Assembly: GCA_963743635.1 (NCBI GenBank)
Contig: CAVUQO010000003.1
Location: 448,001-512,000 of the forward strand
Source of the DNA: Candidatus Babeliales bacterium
GTDB lineage: Bacteria; Babelota; Babeliae; Babelales; Vermiphilaceae
Direction of reading: 5' to 3'
DNA: 64,000 bases
Of the stretch, positions 1-10,386 are shown one piece after another. Position numbers and translations under genes: made by a program. Each line of letters begins with the position of its first letter. Position 1 is the first letter of the stretch. The notes below the pieces were generated by a model, which had not been told where the DNA came from, ran no database searches, and saw nothing but the letters and a program-made list of their open reading frames with translations.

Positions 1-1275
1 CCACTTTCTGCACGACGCAGACGTAACGTTATTTTACATTCAATGTTAAAACTGAATGTGATTGCGCAGGATGAGTATGCGGCGGCTCGTGCGCGTGAGG
101 TTTGCGTTATTGAAGCGCAAAACAAGCAGTGTGCGGTTCATTTAAAGGAAACGATTCGACAATGGTTGGAAGAGCAGTTTGGCAGAGAAGCGCTGTATAG
201 CGGTGGCTTAGTAGTACAGACGACGCTCAATCGTGAGGTGCAGCAAAAGGCAGAAGTTTCTTTTCATGAAACGATTGCGGGTCTTAAGGAGACATTGTTG
301 CCAGAAATTGATGGCGCGCTCATCACAATGGAAACGGAAACGGGCGCGATAAAAGCGATGATTGGTGGATTTGATTTTACTGCCTCGCAATGGAATCGTG
401 CATTACAAGCAAAGCGGCAGGTTGGTTCTACCTTTAAGCCGCTCATTTATGCGGCGGCGGTTGCGCAAGGAAAACGGTTTGATGATCGAGAGATTGATGA
501 GCCGTTTGAAATGGAATCGGGAAATAGTATCTGGAAGCCTAATAACTTTAATCACAAGTTTGCGGGCGAAGTAACTCTTGCCTATGCGTTATCTCATTCG
601 AATAATATTGTAACGATCAAAACATTCTTAGATATTGGCAGCGATCCGGTGATTGAGCTTGCAAGGAAATGTCGTTTGCCTGGACCATTGCATCCTTATC
701 CTTCGTTGGCGCTTGGTTGCATCGATCATACGCTTGACGTGGTGACCGGTATGTTTAACGTATTTGCGCATGATGGCGTGTACGTTGCTCCTCATTATAT
801 GAAATGGGTCAAAGATAAATGGGGCAGTAAAGTCTGGCGCCATACGCCGGTGCAGGAGCGAGTAATGCCATCGGAAGTGGTGGGCCAAGTTGCGAAAGTA
901 TTGGAACATGGATTGCAGCGGGTGCGTGCCATCTATGCACATAAATGGTTTGCGGGTGATGCGATTAGTAAAACGGGTACCACTAATGATTCGCGCACGT
1001 GTTGGTTCATCGGCTCAACGCCGCGGCTCACGACGGGCATCTATGTTGGATGTGATGGTAATCAATCGCTGGGACGGAACGTTTTTCCATTGCGAACAGC
1101 CTTTCCCATTTGGTTATCTCTGTATCATGCGCTACAACCAGCGCCCGAACGATTTACGTTTGATTCGAGCTTGAAAGAATATTATATTCATGAAAAGACT
1201 GGCTTGAGCGTAGCGAGCTTAAAAGAGCCTGGAGCGGTAGCCATTTTACGTAAAGATGAATCGTGTCATGCATAA
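1..1275 (+). CDS. mrcA: Penicillin-binding protein 1A family, C-terminal transpeptidase part (5' end outside the window)
   Basis: Motifs RQVGSTFKP (SxxK), SNN (SxN) and KTGT; VQTTLN; the reading frame is open from the window start. Confidence 0.9.
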   Translation, partial: PLSARRRRNVILHSMLKLNVIAQDEYAAARAREVCVIEAQNKQCAVHLKETIRQWLEEQFGREALYSGGLVVQTTLNREVQQKAEVSFHETIAGLKETLLPEIDGALITMETETGAIKAMIGGFDFTASQWNRALQAKRQVGSTFKPLIYAAAVAQGKRFDDREIDEPFEMESGNSIWKPNNFNHKFAGEVTLAYALSHSNNIVTIKTFLDIGSDPVIELARKCRLPGPLHPYPSLALGCIDHTLDVVTGMFNVFAHDGVYVAPHYMKWVKDKWGSKVWRHTPVQERVMPSEVVGQVAKVLEHGLQRVRAIYAHKWFAGDAISKTGTTNDSRTCWFIGSTPRLTTGIYVGCDGNQSLGRNVFPLRTAFPIWLSLYHALQPAPERFTFDSSLKEYYIHEKTGLSVASLKEPGAVAILRKDESCHA

Positions 1276-2410
1276 AAAAACTATATTCAGATCGCTTATC
1301 CAGCAAATTGTGGATTTCATTATTGGCATACGTCTTTCCTGCGGGCTGTTGACCGCATCATTACGTTCAATACATACTGTTTTCGCGCTCATTATTTTGG
1401 GCGTGATTTCATTCCTCTATTATATCGACGTCATTATTGGCACCTTGTGCGGCGGCGGCTCAGCCCTTTCATGGGGTATCATTAATCTGTTCAGGCGACG
1501 TGGTCTGAAAGTGAATATGGAAATTCCCGGCATGCAGTGGTTGTTTCATCTTCCTGAATCATTGATTCTTTTTTCACTCTTTGGACTGATTAGTCTCATC
1601 TTCATGCATATTTTAAAAAGTAACTTGAATGGCGAATCATGCGGCGTCGGGCGCGCTTTCTTTCGTGCGCTGCGATCGTGGCGCTTTATTATATTCTATG
1701 CATTGTGCACGGGTACCGTTGCCTGGTGTATTGGTGATATGTATCTTATAGTGCTGCGATGGGTATTTGCCAGAGTTGGTGAATCGGCATTATTAGTGAG
1801 TTGGATCTATTATCCGGTCTACGGTACGAAAGTTATTGAAAAGATAGCGACGACTCCCTACTGGTTGCCCGAAGCCGTGCGATTGGGAATTGGCGGCCTT
1901 TGGTATTTTGGTACCTTCTTATTATTTCCGGTTCTAGTGAGCAAGGAGGGCACCTTCTTTGAGTGTGTGTATCGTTCATTCCGGTTGGCGTTTTGCAATA
2001 TTGGCTTAGTCTTGAGTGCAGCGCTGACATATATTTTGATATATGCGAGCCTTTTGGGAGCAGCAATCTATCTTCAGATCGTTACCTTGCCTTCTTTTGA
2101 ACGGTTGAGTATGACTCTTGCGGCAACAGGAAGGCCTACTCCATTAGAGCTATTGGAAATAAGTATTAAGATGTCCGTGCTGTCGGCTGGGCCCTTGCTC
2201 CTTTGTGCGGTCCATAGCGCGTTCGTTATCAGCGGGTCTTTAATCACCGCCTTCATGATCTATCGAATTTGCACTGAGACCTTGGTTTCTTACCGCAACC
2301 AGTTTTTTGTCGAGCGCCCCTATCGATCGTTCTTTATGTATATCCTGTTTTTTAGCTTGTACTGGATCGTAGTACGGTGCGGGATTTACTTGCTTATGCC
2401 GACCATTTAG
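1256..2410 (+). CDS. Hypothetical multi-pass membrane protein
   Basis: 384 aa with many hydrophobic segments; overlaps the end of the PBP gene. Confidence 0.7.
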   Translation: MNRVMHKKTIFRSLIQQIVDFIIGIRLSCGLLTASLRSIHTVFALIILGVISFLYYIDVIIGTLCGGGSALSWGIINLFRRRGLKVNMEIPGMQWLFHLPESLILFSLFGLISLIFMHILKSNLNGESCGVGRAFFRALRSWRFIIFYALCTGTVAWCIGDMYLIVLRWVFARVGESALLVSWIYYPVYGTKVIEKIATTPYWLPEAVRLGIGGLWYFGTFLLFPVLVSKEGTFFECVYRSFRLAFCNIGLVLSAALTYILIYASLLGAAIYLQIVTLPSFERLSMTLAATGRPTPLELLEISIKMSVLSAGPLLLCAVHSAFVISGSLITAFMIYRICTETLVSYRNQFFVERPYRSFFMYILFFSLYWIVVRCGIYLLMPTI

Positions 2411-2504
2411 GAAAAAATATATCTAAACTATTGCTTTTTGGGGGCCGGTCTTGGTAAAACAAGTACTGTATGTTATTTAAATCGTTTCAAAGGAAGGGTA
2501 AACG

Positions 2505-2729
2505 ATGAAGAAATTATTATCATTAGTAATGCTTGTGGCATTAGTTACATCAGTAAGAGCAGATGAAGCAGACGATCGTTGCAACTGCGGTAAACCACCA
2601 AGACCATCAAGAGAAGAAGTAAAACAAGTTGAAGCGCCAGCAGCAGATGAACGCGGCGGTTGTTGCCAAAAGCCATGCGAAAAACCGTGTGGTACACCAT
2701 GTGGCCAAAAGCCATGTTGTGGCAAGTAA
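2505..2729 (+). CDS. Small secreted cysteine-rich protein
   Basis: RBS aaggaagg; signal peptide MKKLLSLVMLVALVTSVRA; 9 Cys with xPC repeats; followed by a terminator. Confidence 0.8.
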   Translation: MKKLLSLVMLVALVTSVRADEADDRCNCGKPPRPSREEVKQVEAPAADERGGCCQKPCEKPCGTPCGQKPCCGK

Positions 2730-2753
2730 TCTAAAATAGATTTTTAGATCTCC

Positions 2754-2785
2754 ACAGAGCCCGGGATTTCGATCTCGGGCTTTGT
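2754..2785 (+). terminator. Intrinsic terminator
   Basis: Hairpin acagagcccggga-tttcga-tctcgggctttgt followed by a T-rich tract. Confidence 0.7.
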
Positions 2786-2929
2786 CTATTTTAATGCCTA
2801 GATAAATGCTCATTTGAGCCTCTGAATAGTGGCGAAGTAAAATAACCCGATAAATGTTGAGTGCTCACTCTTTTCTTGATATAGTCTGGAACTTATTAAC
2901 ATTTTTCTTTTCAACATAAAGGAAGTTCC

Positions 2930-3784
2930 ATGAAAAGATCATTATCAATACTCTCATGTATGAGTGTTTATGCCAGCATGTATGCATGTTGTCCAGGCGG
3001 CAGTTGCACACCTCCGACTGAAAGCGTCTCAGTGGCAAAAACAACCAAAGAAGTTATTCAGCAAGCATATGGTACCGTTGCTGAAAATGGCGGTGTATGC
3101 AGTTTATTTGGCGGCGGTTGCTGTGGTGGCGGTGAAGAAATTTCAAAAATGATTGGCTATTCAAAAGAAGAGCTTGATGCGCTAGCAGGAGCGAATCTTG
3201 GACTTGGATGCGGTAATCCCATTTCGTTGGGCGATATGCCTGCAGGCGCCGTGATTCTCGATCTTGGTTCTGGTGCTGGGCTTGATTGTTTGCTCGCAGC
3301 AAAGCGAGTTGGTCCAACAGGTAAAGTCATCGGCGTTGATATGACGGATGCGATGCTCAATAAAGCACGAGAAAATGCTAAACAGTATGGCTTTAAAAAC
3401 GTTGAATTCCGTAAGGGAGACATCGAAGCATTGCCAGTGGATAGTAACTCGATTGATATTGTAATCAGCAATTGCGTAATTAATCTTGCACCAGATAAAT
3501 TGAAAGTGTTCAAAGAAGCGCATCGAGTCCTTAATACGGGCGGCAAGATGTATGTTTCTGATATTGTATTGCTCGCTGATCTTACTCCCGCACAGCAAAA
3601 AGATGAAAAACTTCTTTGTGCATGTGTCGCCGGGGCATTATTAAGATCTGATTATATCGCTCAGCTTGAACAAGCCGGATTTGAAGTCAATGTTGTTGGC
3701 GAAGATTTTGGCATTGGTAAAACGTGGTTTAATGATGCCTCATTACCTATTTCAAGCTTGAAGTTTATTGCTACGAAAAAGTAG
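2930..3784 (+). CDS. arsM: Arsenite S-adenosylmethionine methyltransferase with N-terminal signal-like extension
   Basis: NLGLGCGNP, LDLGSGAGLD, IGVDMT, ISNCVINLAPDK and CVAGA motifs typical of ArsM. Confidence 0.88.
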   Translation: MKRSLSILSCMSVYASMYACCPGGSCTPPTESVSVAKTTKEVIQQAYGTVAENGGVCSLFGGGCCGGGEEISKMIGYSKEELDALAGANLGLGCGNPISLGDMPAGAVILDLGSGAGLDCLLAAKRVGPTGKVIGVDMTDAMLNKARENAKQYGFKNVEFRKGDIEALPVDSNSIDIVISNCVINLAPDKLKVFKEAHRVLNTGGKMYVSDIVLLADLTPAQQKDEKLLCACVAGALLRSDYIAQLEQAGFEVNVVGEDFGIGKTWFNDASLPISSLKFIATKK

Positions 3785-3816
3785 TAGCTAGATATTGCAA
3801 ATCATCTTACTCCGCT

Positions 3817-3873
3817 TCCTTCCGTCTTCGCTCCTTTCCGAGCGTAGCTCCGAAAGGAGCGAAGACGGAAGGA
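3817..3873. repeat. Long perfect palindrome (REP-like)
   Basis: 22-bp perfect stem tccttccgtcttcgctcctttc / gaaaggagcgaagacggaagga with inner gagc-gta-gctc. Confidence 0.85.
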
Positions 3874-4020
3874 TACAGCGCCGTTTTACTTTAATGCATA
3901 TGCATTAGTAAGTAAGGCAGTAACGCGTTTTTTGCCACATCTTATTTTTTTGTAGGGAATATTATTCTTTTTATATAGAGTGGGATACGGTTTAAAAATA
4001 TTTCATATAAAGGGTGTCAG

Positions 4021-4839
4021 ATGAAATACATACCGTACGGACTATTTGCTTACACATTATTGAGTGCGCTCTCTCTGCATGCAATGGACGATCAATGCAT
4101 GAAGTGGGCTTCAAGGATCAACATAATAGCAGATCGGATGCCAAAATTGGCTGAGGATGTTTTAGGAATGATAACCAACGATGCGTTTACGGTAACAGGA
4201 GATTTGAAAACGCTGGGTAATGATCTCAAATGCATTTCATCTGAAATGCTGAACAAGTATAAAATTCCAGTCATTGAGCAAGACATACTTAAAAAAACAA
4301 CAGACTTATTTGAGTACGAAATCAAATGGTTGCGTCCAGAAAGTCCCGATCTAGCAGGCAAAGATCGTGTTTACATAAAAGATCTTCTTCAAAAGCTGTT
4401 TCGAAATAATAATCATCAAAATTGGCGGAGCATGGCCGAAAAAGACGTGCCCTATATCCCCAATCTTATTGATGCTATGCTTGCCAATAGAAAACTCAAT
4501 GAGAGGGCCACAATAACCTTAGACAGAGCTAAACGCGTATCGGAATTTCATCCACACGATCTTGATTTAAAGATCATAGCCGTGTGTCTTAAAACTCATT
4601 TAGAAGGCGTACCTGATCTTCTTGCTCAGCAAATCACCAATACTATCCAGCATCAACGAGGGCCTCGTTATTATGCCGTTCAGGCAGCGCACCAGTGGGC
4701 GAATGACACGCAAGGAGATGGTGGTGCAGGCGATGATGATGCCGATGAGGATGATGATCAAGATGGTCATAGGCATCATTGTGAATCGCCTCGTCCATTC
4801 AAAAAAATGCGAAAAGCTAAAAGCAATGATGATCAGTAA
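4021..4839 (+). CDS. Secreted hypothetical protein with acidic tract and basic C-terminus
   Basis: Signal peptide ending SLHA-MD; DDDADEDDDQD; PRPFKKMRK. Confidence 0.75.
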   Translation: MKYIPYGLFAYTLLSALSLHAMDDQCMKWASRINIIADRMPKLAEDVLGMITNDAFTVTGDLKTLGNDLKCISSEMLNKYKIPVIEQDILKKTTDLFEYEIKWLRPESPDLAGKDRVYIKDLLQKLFRNNNHQNWRSMAEKDVPYIPNLIDAMLANRKLNERATITLDRAKRVSEFHPHDLDLKIIAVCLKTHLEGVPDLLAQQITNTIQHQRGPRYYAVQAAHQWANDTQGDGGAGDDDADEDDDQDGHRHHCESPRPFKKMRKAKSNDDQ

Positions 4840-4859
4840 TCATAGTGAACTATAGTCTG

Positions 4860-4885
4860 AAATGGCGTCTTAAAGGCGCCATTTT
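4860..4885. terminator. Bidirectional terminator between convergent genes
   Basis: aaatggcgtct-taa-aggcgccattt. Confidence 0.65.
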
Positions 4886-5901
4886 TACTTTACAGCCAGT
4901 TGGATAGCCCGTAATAATCGCGAATCATCCTTGAGCTCGTCTTGCTCAATAACCTGCACCAGTTCCGGATGTCGTTCGTGCATGGCCTGTGCATTCGCTC
5001 GTTGATGGTGGGTGGTGCTGGTGATAAGAGGAATCACGATACATTGTTTTTTTAGATACATCATTTCATGTAAACTACCTGATCCTGCGCGGGTGATAAT
5101 GCAATCAGCAGCAACATAATAGCGTACTAATTGAGGATCGTAGGCAAATGCATGCGCTTTAATGCCGTGCTGCGCATAGAGCCCATTCCAATCGGTGGCG
5201 TCCGAAGATCCAGTTTGATGAATAAATTGCAGGGAACGTGCTGCATCAGGATGTGCCATAATGAGTGTTTGTATTGCACGATTTAATGATACTGATCCTT
5301 GTGATCCGCCCACAATGAGTACCATTTTTTTGTCCGGGTCAAAACCAAGTTCTCGAGAATTCTTCACGTGTATCGCGTAATGAGCGAATTATAGTGCTCA
5401 GTGGATATGGGCGTAGCATGCATTGCTTGCGTGGAAAGTATTGGCTTGTTTGAGTAAAGCAGATTGAGATATTCGTTGCAAGTGGCGGAGAGCGAGGAGC
5501 GTTTTTCCGGGCTCAACATCAAGCGCAATGAGTTCTATGGGAATACGTAAGACCCATGCGGCTGCGCATACTGGAAATGCAAGATGGCTGCCCGTTGTAA
5601 TGACATGATCTGGTTTGGCTCGTAAGAATAAGCCGTATGCTTTTAAAGAAAGTGGCAATAATTGATATACAAAGTGCGGAAGTTTGTACCACATGCGATA
5701 GGGCACAGGATTAGATCGAAAGCATGTGTTCAATGCCGTGAGCATCCTGCATAATTTTGATATCAAGTTCGGCTATCAGTCGTGATAAATATGATGCGTG
5801 CATTGAGGATCTTGATGTTGATAATCGTGTGCAAGGTTGAGGGCCGGTAAAATATGCCCGCCCGACGCACCTGCTACAAAACAGTAGGTTTTTGATTTCA
5901 T
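4885..5901 (-). CDS. murG: UDP-GlcNAc:lipid I GlcNAc transferase MurG (several frameshifts, probably sequence errors)
   Basis: N-terminus MKSKTYCFVAGASGGHILP read from 5901; GGSQGS, ITRAGSGS and HQRANA in the C-terminal fragment. Confidence 0.88.
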
Positions 5902-5904
5902 AAG

Positions 5905-7491
5905 TTATGAGGTTTTTGGAAGTTGGGTTTTAATATATTCGTCAGCAATATCATATGAGTGATGATCAATGAGCCTGGATTGGAAGCGCATAATGCGTGC
6001 TTCTAAGCGTATTCAACGCATCATCATACGCGCCGGTCAGTTGAAATAAACGTGCTTGCGTAATGCGATAGTATGGATTTGCAGGATCATTGTTTCAGTA
6101 CGACATCGAGTAATTCTTGAGCACGGGTTACATTTTCTTCATACGTCAAATAATGATATGCGAGTAAATGTAATGCGGGCATAAAATCAGGAGATTTTTT
6201 CATGATGATTGCGAGGAGGGATTTCATGCGATCATAGTTTTCTACTTGCTCATATAGGCAGGCAAGATTATACATAATGTGTGTTTCAAGATTGGTATCA
6301 TCAATAGATTCAAGGGCTCGTTGATAGTGAAATATGGTTTCGAGAGGCGCATCCCCTTTTTTTCATACAATTCTGCGATATGTAGATGCACCAGTGGAGA
6401 GTCTGGATGCATGAATGACGTCATACAGGAGTGTAAGTGCTTTTCGTAAAGAAAGACCATTCAAGCAGAGAGCATGCAGTTGTGTGTATGCTATTTCATC
6501 ATGGGGATCTTTATACAAGCATGTAGTAAAGTCTGTATTGCTTGGCGATGTTTTCCCATCACGCCAAGCATATTTATTTTGATGATCGTTGCATCTTTAT
6601 TATCAGGTTTTTTTTCAAGACATTTATTAATTGATTGCATACCTTTGCGATATTCTTTTTGTTGAAAGAGCGAGAGGCCTTCAAGAAAACATTTATTATC
6701 AACAGCCATTGCATTTTGTTTTGCTTTCGAGCATGTGCCGTTTCATGAGTAATTCAAGCAGATGTTTTTCCAGTTGTGGATTCTGGTGCCGGAAAGCTCT
6801 AGAAAATTGGTATATCCTTTAATGGCATCATCTAATTTTCCTGCATTTTCTTCAAGCATGCCAAAAAGGAGCCATCCTTTATCAAAATGAGGATACAATT
6901 CTAAACTTTTCCCGACGCTTGTCGCGTGCATTAGTGGGATCATTTAATTCAGTAAAAAGTTGTGCTTTCATGAAATGAAAAATGAAATTATTTGGTTTGC
7001 GTGATGAATTATTGAGCATGTCATCAATGAGTTTGAATTGCATTTTCTCGCTCTTGATTGCGTCGATAACTATTGACTGCTTGATATATAATTTCTTGAT
7101 GTGTTTTAAATTGACGGCTCAGTTTAATGTAAAGCTGATCGGCTTCCTTTTGTTTGCCAGAATATTCGAGTGCTTGCCCAAAAAGTAATTGAATATCAGG
7201 ATCATTGGCAAAGTGTTCTTGCAGTTGCGGAATGAGTGCAACAATTTGTTGATAATCTTTGAGTGCAGCAAGCAGCGGGAGATATCCTTTATAAACGTGG
7301 ATGGGATGCGTCGACTGAAAGAAGTAATCGTTGATATCCTTTTTGTGCTTTTTGAAGATCGCAAGTTTTCCATTTGATTGTTCATAATTAGCAAGAAAAA
7401 AATTATGGAAAATATCCGTTTCATTCTTGCGTGCATGCGATTGATGATCATGATTGATATAACAAAAACAATATATATTGAGCTTTTTCAT
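5905..7491 (-). CDS. Tetratricopeptide-repeat protein, fragmented by frameshifts; 3' end approximate
   Basis: Consecutive TPR-like fragments (LFGQALEYSGKQKEA, LLFGMLEENAGKLDDAIKGY, YNLACLYEQ). Confidence 0.7.
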
Positions 7492-7925
7492 TCTTGCTCC
7501 TGATAACAACGGATTAAAAAGTCTTCTAATGCTTGCTGCAATTGTGGATCTTTAATATGCGTTAATGCACTTTTTTCTTTAGGTGTTAGTGCGACGCTTG
7601 ATGCGTATGCGTGGTTTTGGTTTTGTATAGGTTTGATTTTTTTACGGGTCGTATTCCTATTTTTTTAAAGCGTAACTGTTTAATGCGTGGTCTGATCTAG
7701 TTTTTCATTAATAACCGTAATATAACATTTGAAAGCATGTATAATTCTTGCAACCAACAGGAATCGGTAACGCCGAGCACGAGCGTGTCATCAGCAATTT
7801 TTTCAAGATAGACTTTGGTATTGAGATTTCCTATGATGCTATCCCAATTGCGCAGGAGATCGATCTTCCAATTGTCTTGGCTGATCAAAGACGGCATGAA
7901 TGAGTTGTTTAATGGGCTGTGCCAT
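7488..7925 (-). CDS. dciA: DciA / DUF721 family protein (frameshifted)
   Basis: WDSIIG...TLVLGVTDSCWLQEL pattern; stop codon overlaps the TPR gene start (ATGA). Confidence 0.65.
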
Positions 7926-8045
7926 GCAGATACTCTACGTAATTATGAATTGTTGGATACGTTTGATCTTATTATACAATACATGCATGTATAATACATC
8001 AATATCTATATGCATGAACGTTAAATATTAAGTAGGAAAAAAATA

Positions 8046-8487
8046 ATGAGAGATTTTGAACTCATAGATCATACGGCAGATTTAGAAATTCGTGTGTATG
8101 GTGCAACGCTTGAAGCTATTATTTCATAATGCGCTATGCGGGATGTTTCAGGCAATTAAGCCAGAAATTCCCGGATGCAGTATTAAAAATGATCGAGTGT
8201 TATGCAAAGAATTATCTCGCCATCATAAACTGCATATTGAATCTCCTGATCGTGATGCATTGCTCGTTGATTTTTTATCGCAAGCGCTTTACTTATCTGA
8301 TGTGCATAATGAAGCATATCTTGATGTTACCATTCATGCATTGAGTGATACGATGATCGATGCGACAATCCATGGCGCGCCAATTACCGGATTTGCAGAT
8401 GTCGAGATTAAGGCAGTTACGTATCATGATATGAAGATTGAAAAAGTGGATGACATATGGCAGGTCGATATAGTGTTTGATATTTAA
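8046..8487 (+). CDS. Archease (one frameshift near 8115)
   Basis: MRDFELIDHTADLEI at 8046; EIKAVTYH; terminal FDI; upstream of rtcB. Confidence 0.9.
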
Positions 8488-8572
8488 CCATTCGACTTAA
8501 GAAGTTATATTTTAACGCCAACTTGATCTAAGGAGTTCATGTTAAGTGATGTTTTCATTATAGAAATAAATA

Positions 8573-8773
8573 AAAATCCCCTCCCCCGTTCGTCCCGAGT
8601 GTTGGTAATTTCCGAAGGAAATGACCAATGTGCGAGGGATTGTGGATAAAAATAATATTCCTTATAAATTTTGATGAAAATATGAATTATCTGATTTGAA
8701 ATCCCTCGCACATTTCTATCCTGCGCTTCTCGCAGGAATAGAAACACTCGGGACGAACGGGAGGAGGGATTTT
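8573..8773. mobile_element. REPIN/MITE-like element made of two inverted REP-like units
   Basis: 31-bp terminal inverted repeats (28/31 match) and a perfect inner 15-bp inverted repeat at 8627-8641 / 8700-8714. Confidence 0.75.
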
Positions 8774-8844
8774 ACGATTTTTATGATGTAGGCGCCATTA
8801 ATAGGGTTTGTTTAGATCGAGTTCGCACTATTTAAGGATATGCA

Positions 8845-10293
8845 GTGATACGAAAAGAAGATTTAATTAAAATTAACGAATATACCTACGAAATTTCAGA
8901 TGCATTTCGCTCTGATATGCGCGTTCCTGCGCGTATTTTTACGCATGAAACCATGCTGCAATCAATTACGCAGGATCGATCATTGAGCAGTTAGTCAACG
9001 TGGCGACGTTTCCAGGTATTCAAAAATATGCATTTGCAATGCCCGATATTCATCAAGGATATGGATTTCCGATTGGTGGCGTTGCCGCAATGTCAATTGC
9101 TGATGGGGGCGTGATATCGCCCGGCGGCATTGGATACGATATTAATTGTGGCGTGCGTATGTTGACCGTTGATATTTCGTATGACGAGATCAAGCCATAT
9201 TTAGAAGAATTAGCGAGAGCACTATTTGATGAGTTCCTTCGGGTGTTGGGCGTGGCGGATTAATGAATTTAGATACGCATGAACTTGATAAAGTGCTGCA
9301 GTATGGTGCGAATCGTATGGTAGAGCAGGGATATGGCAATGACCGAAGATTTGCTTTTTTGTGAAGAGCATGGACGTATGCATGACGCGAATCCAGAGCT
9401 GATAACGAAAGAAGCAAAAAAACGCGGTAAAGATCAGTTAGGGACACTTAGGATCAGGCAATCATTTTCTTGAAGTGCAACGTATTACTGAGATTTATGA
9501 TGAACGATAGCAAAGGTGTATGGCATAAAAAAAGATATGATAACGGTGATGATTCATTGCGGTTCGCGCGGATTGGGTCATCAAACATGCACCGATTATG
9601 TGCGGCTGCATGATGAAGGCATTGCCGCAATGGAATATTCAGTTGCCTGATCGTGAATTAGTTTGTGCGCCATTTCATGCAGATATTGCGCAAGAATATT
9701 ATGTGCTATGGCAGCAGCGGCAAATTTTGCATGGGCAAATCGCCATACCATTGGCCATTGGCGTCGTAAAACATTTAAGAAATTATTGGGCGAAAGGTAA
9801 CGATGTAAAAACACTTTATGATGTTTCTCATAATATTGGCAAACGTGAAAAGCATATGATTTATGGCAAAGAAGTTGACGTGATCATGCATCGCAAGGGT
9901 GCAACGCGCGCATTCGGCCCCGGCACGATTGAAACGCCAGAGCCATATCGTTCTATTGGACAACCCGTGCTTATTCCTGGTACAATGGGCACCGCTTCAT
10001 TCATATTATCGGGAACATCTGAGAGTATGAACGTTGCATTTGGCAGCTCTTGCCACGGCGCAGGGCGTAGTATGTCCCGCGCTGCAGCACAAAAAAAGGT
10101 GAGTGGTAATCAGTTACGTAAAGAGCTTGAATCGCGTGGTATTATTATTCGCTGTGATTCAAATAAAGGTCTCGCAGAAGAGGCTCCATTTGCGTATAAA
10201 GATGTACAAAATGTAGTTGACGTCGTACAGGGCGCCGGGCTTGCGCATAAAGTTGCACGCATGGAGCCGATGGCGGTGGTTAAAGGTGGCTAA
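8845..10293 (+). CDS. rtcB: RNA ligase RtcB (several frameshifts)
   Basis: [44 protein letters not shown] and EEAPFAYK motifs. Confidence 0.93.
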
Positions 10294-10302
10294 CTCAGAA
10301 AG

Positions 10303-10346
10303 AATCCTTCGTGACGGCCGTACCGGCACTCCTCAGGATGAAAGGA
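10303..10346 (+). repeat. REP-like palindromic unit
   Basis: ccttcgtgacggccgtaccggcactcctcaggatgaaagga; close match at 39335-39376. Confidence 0.6.
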
Positions 10347-10386
10347 AATAATTGTGAATAAAAAAATAACGAGCAAAGGAACAATC

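Noticed and set aside
3054..3598. Antisense and shifted-frame ORFs in the track (here and throughout the window)
   Set aside because: They overlap well-supported genes and have no recognisable motifs or RBS
4885..10293. True pseudogenes or programmed frameshifting in murG, dciA, archease and rtcB
   Set aside because: Indels are many, clustered and affect conserved genes with intact motifs; sequence error is more parsimonious
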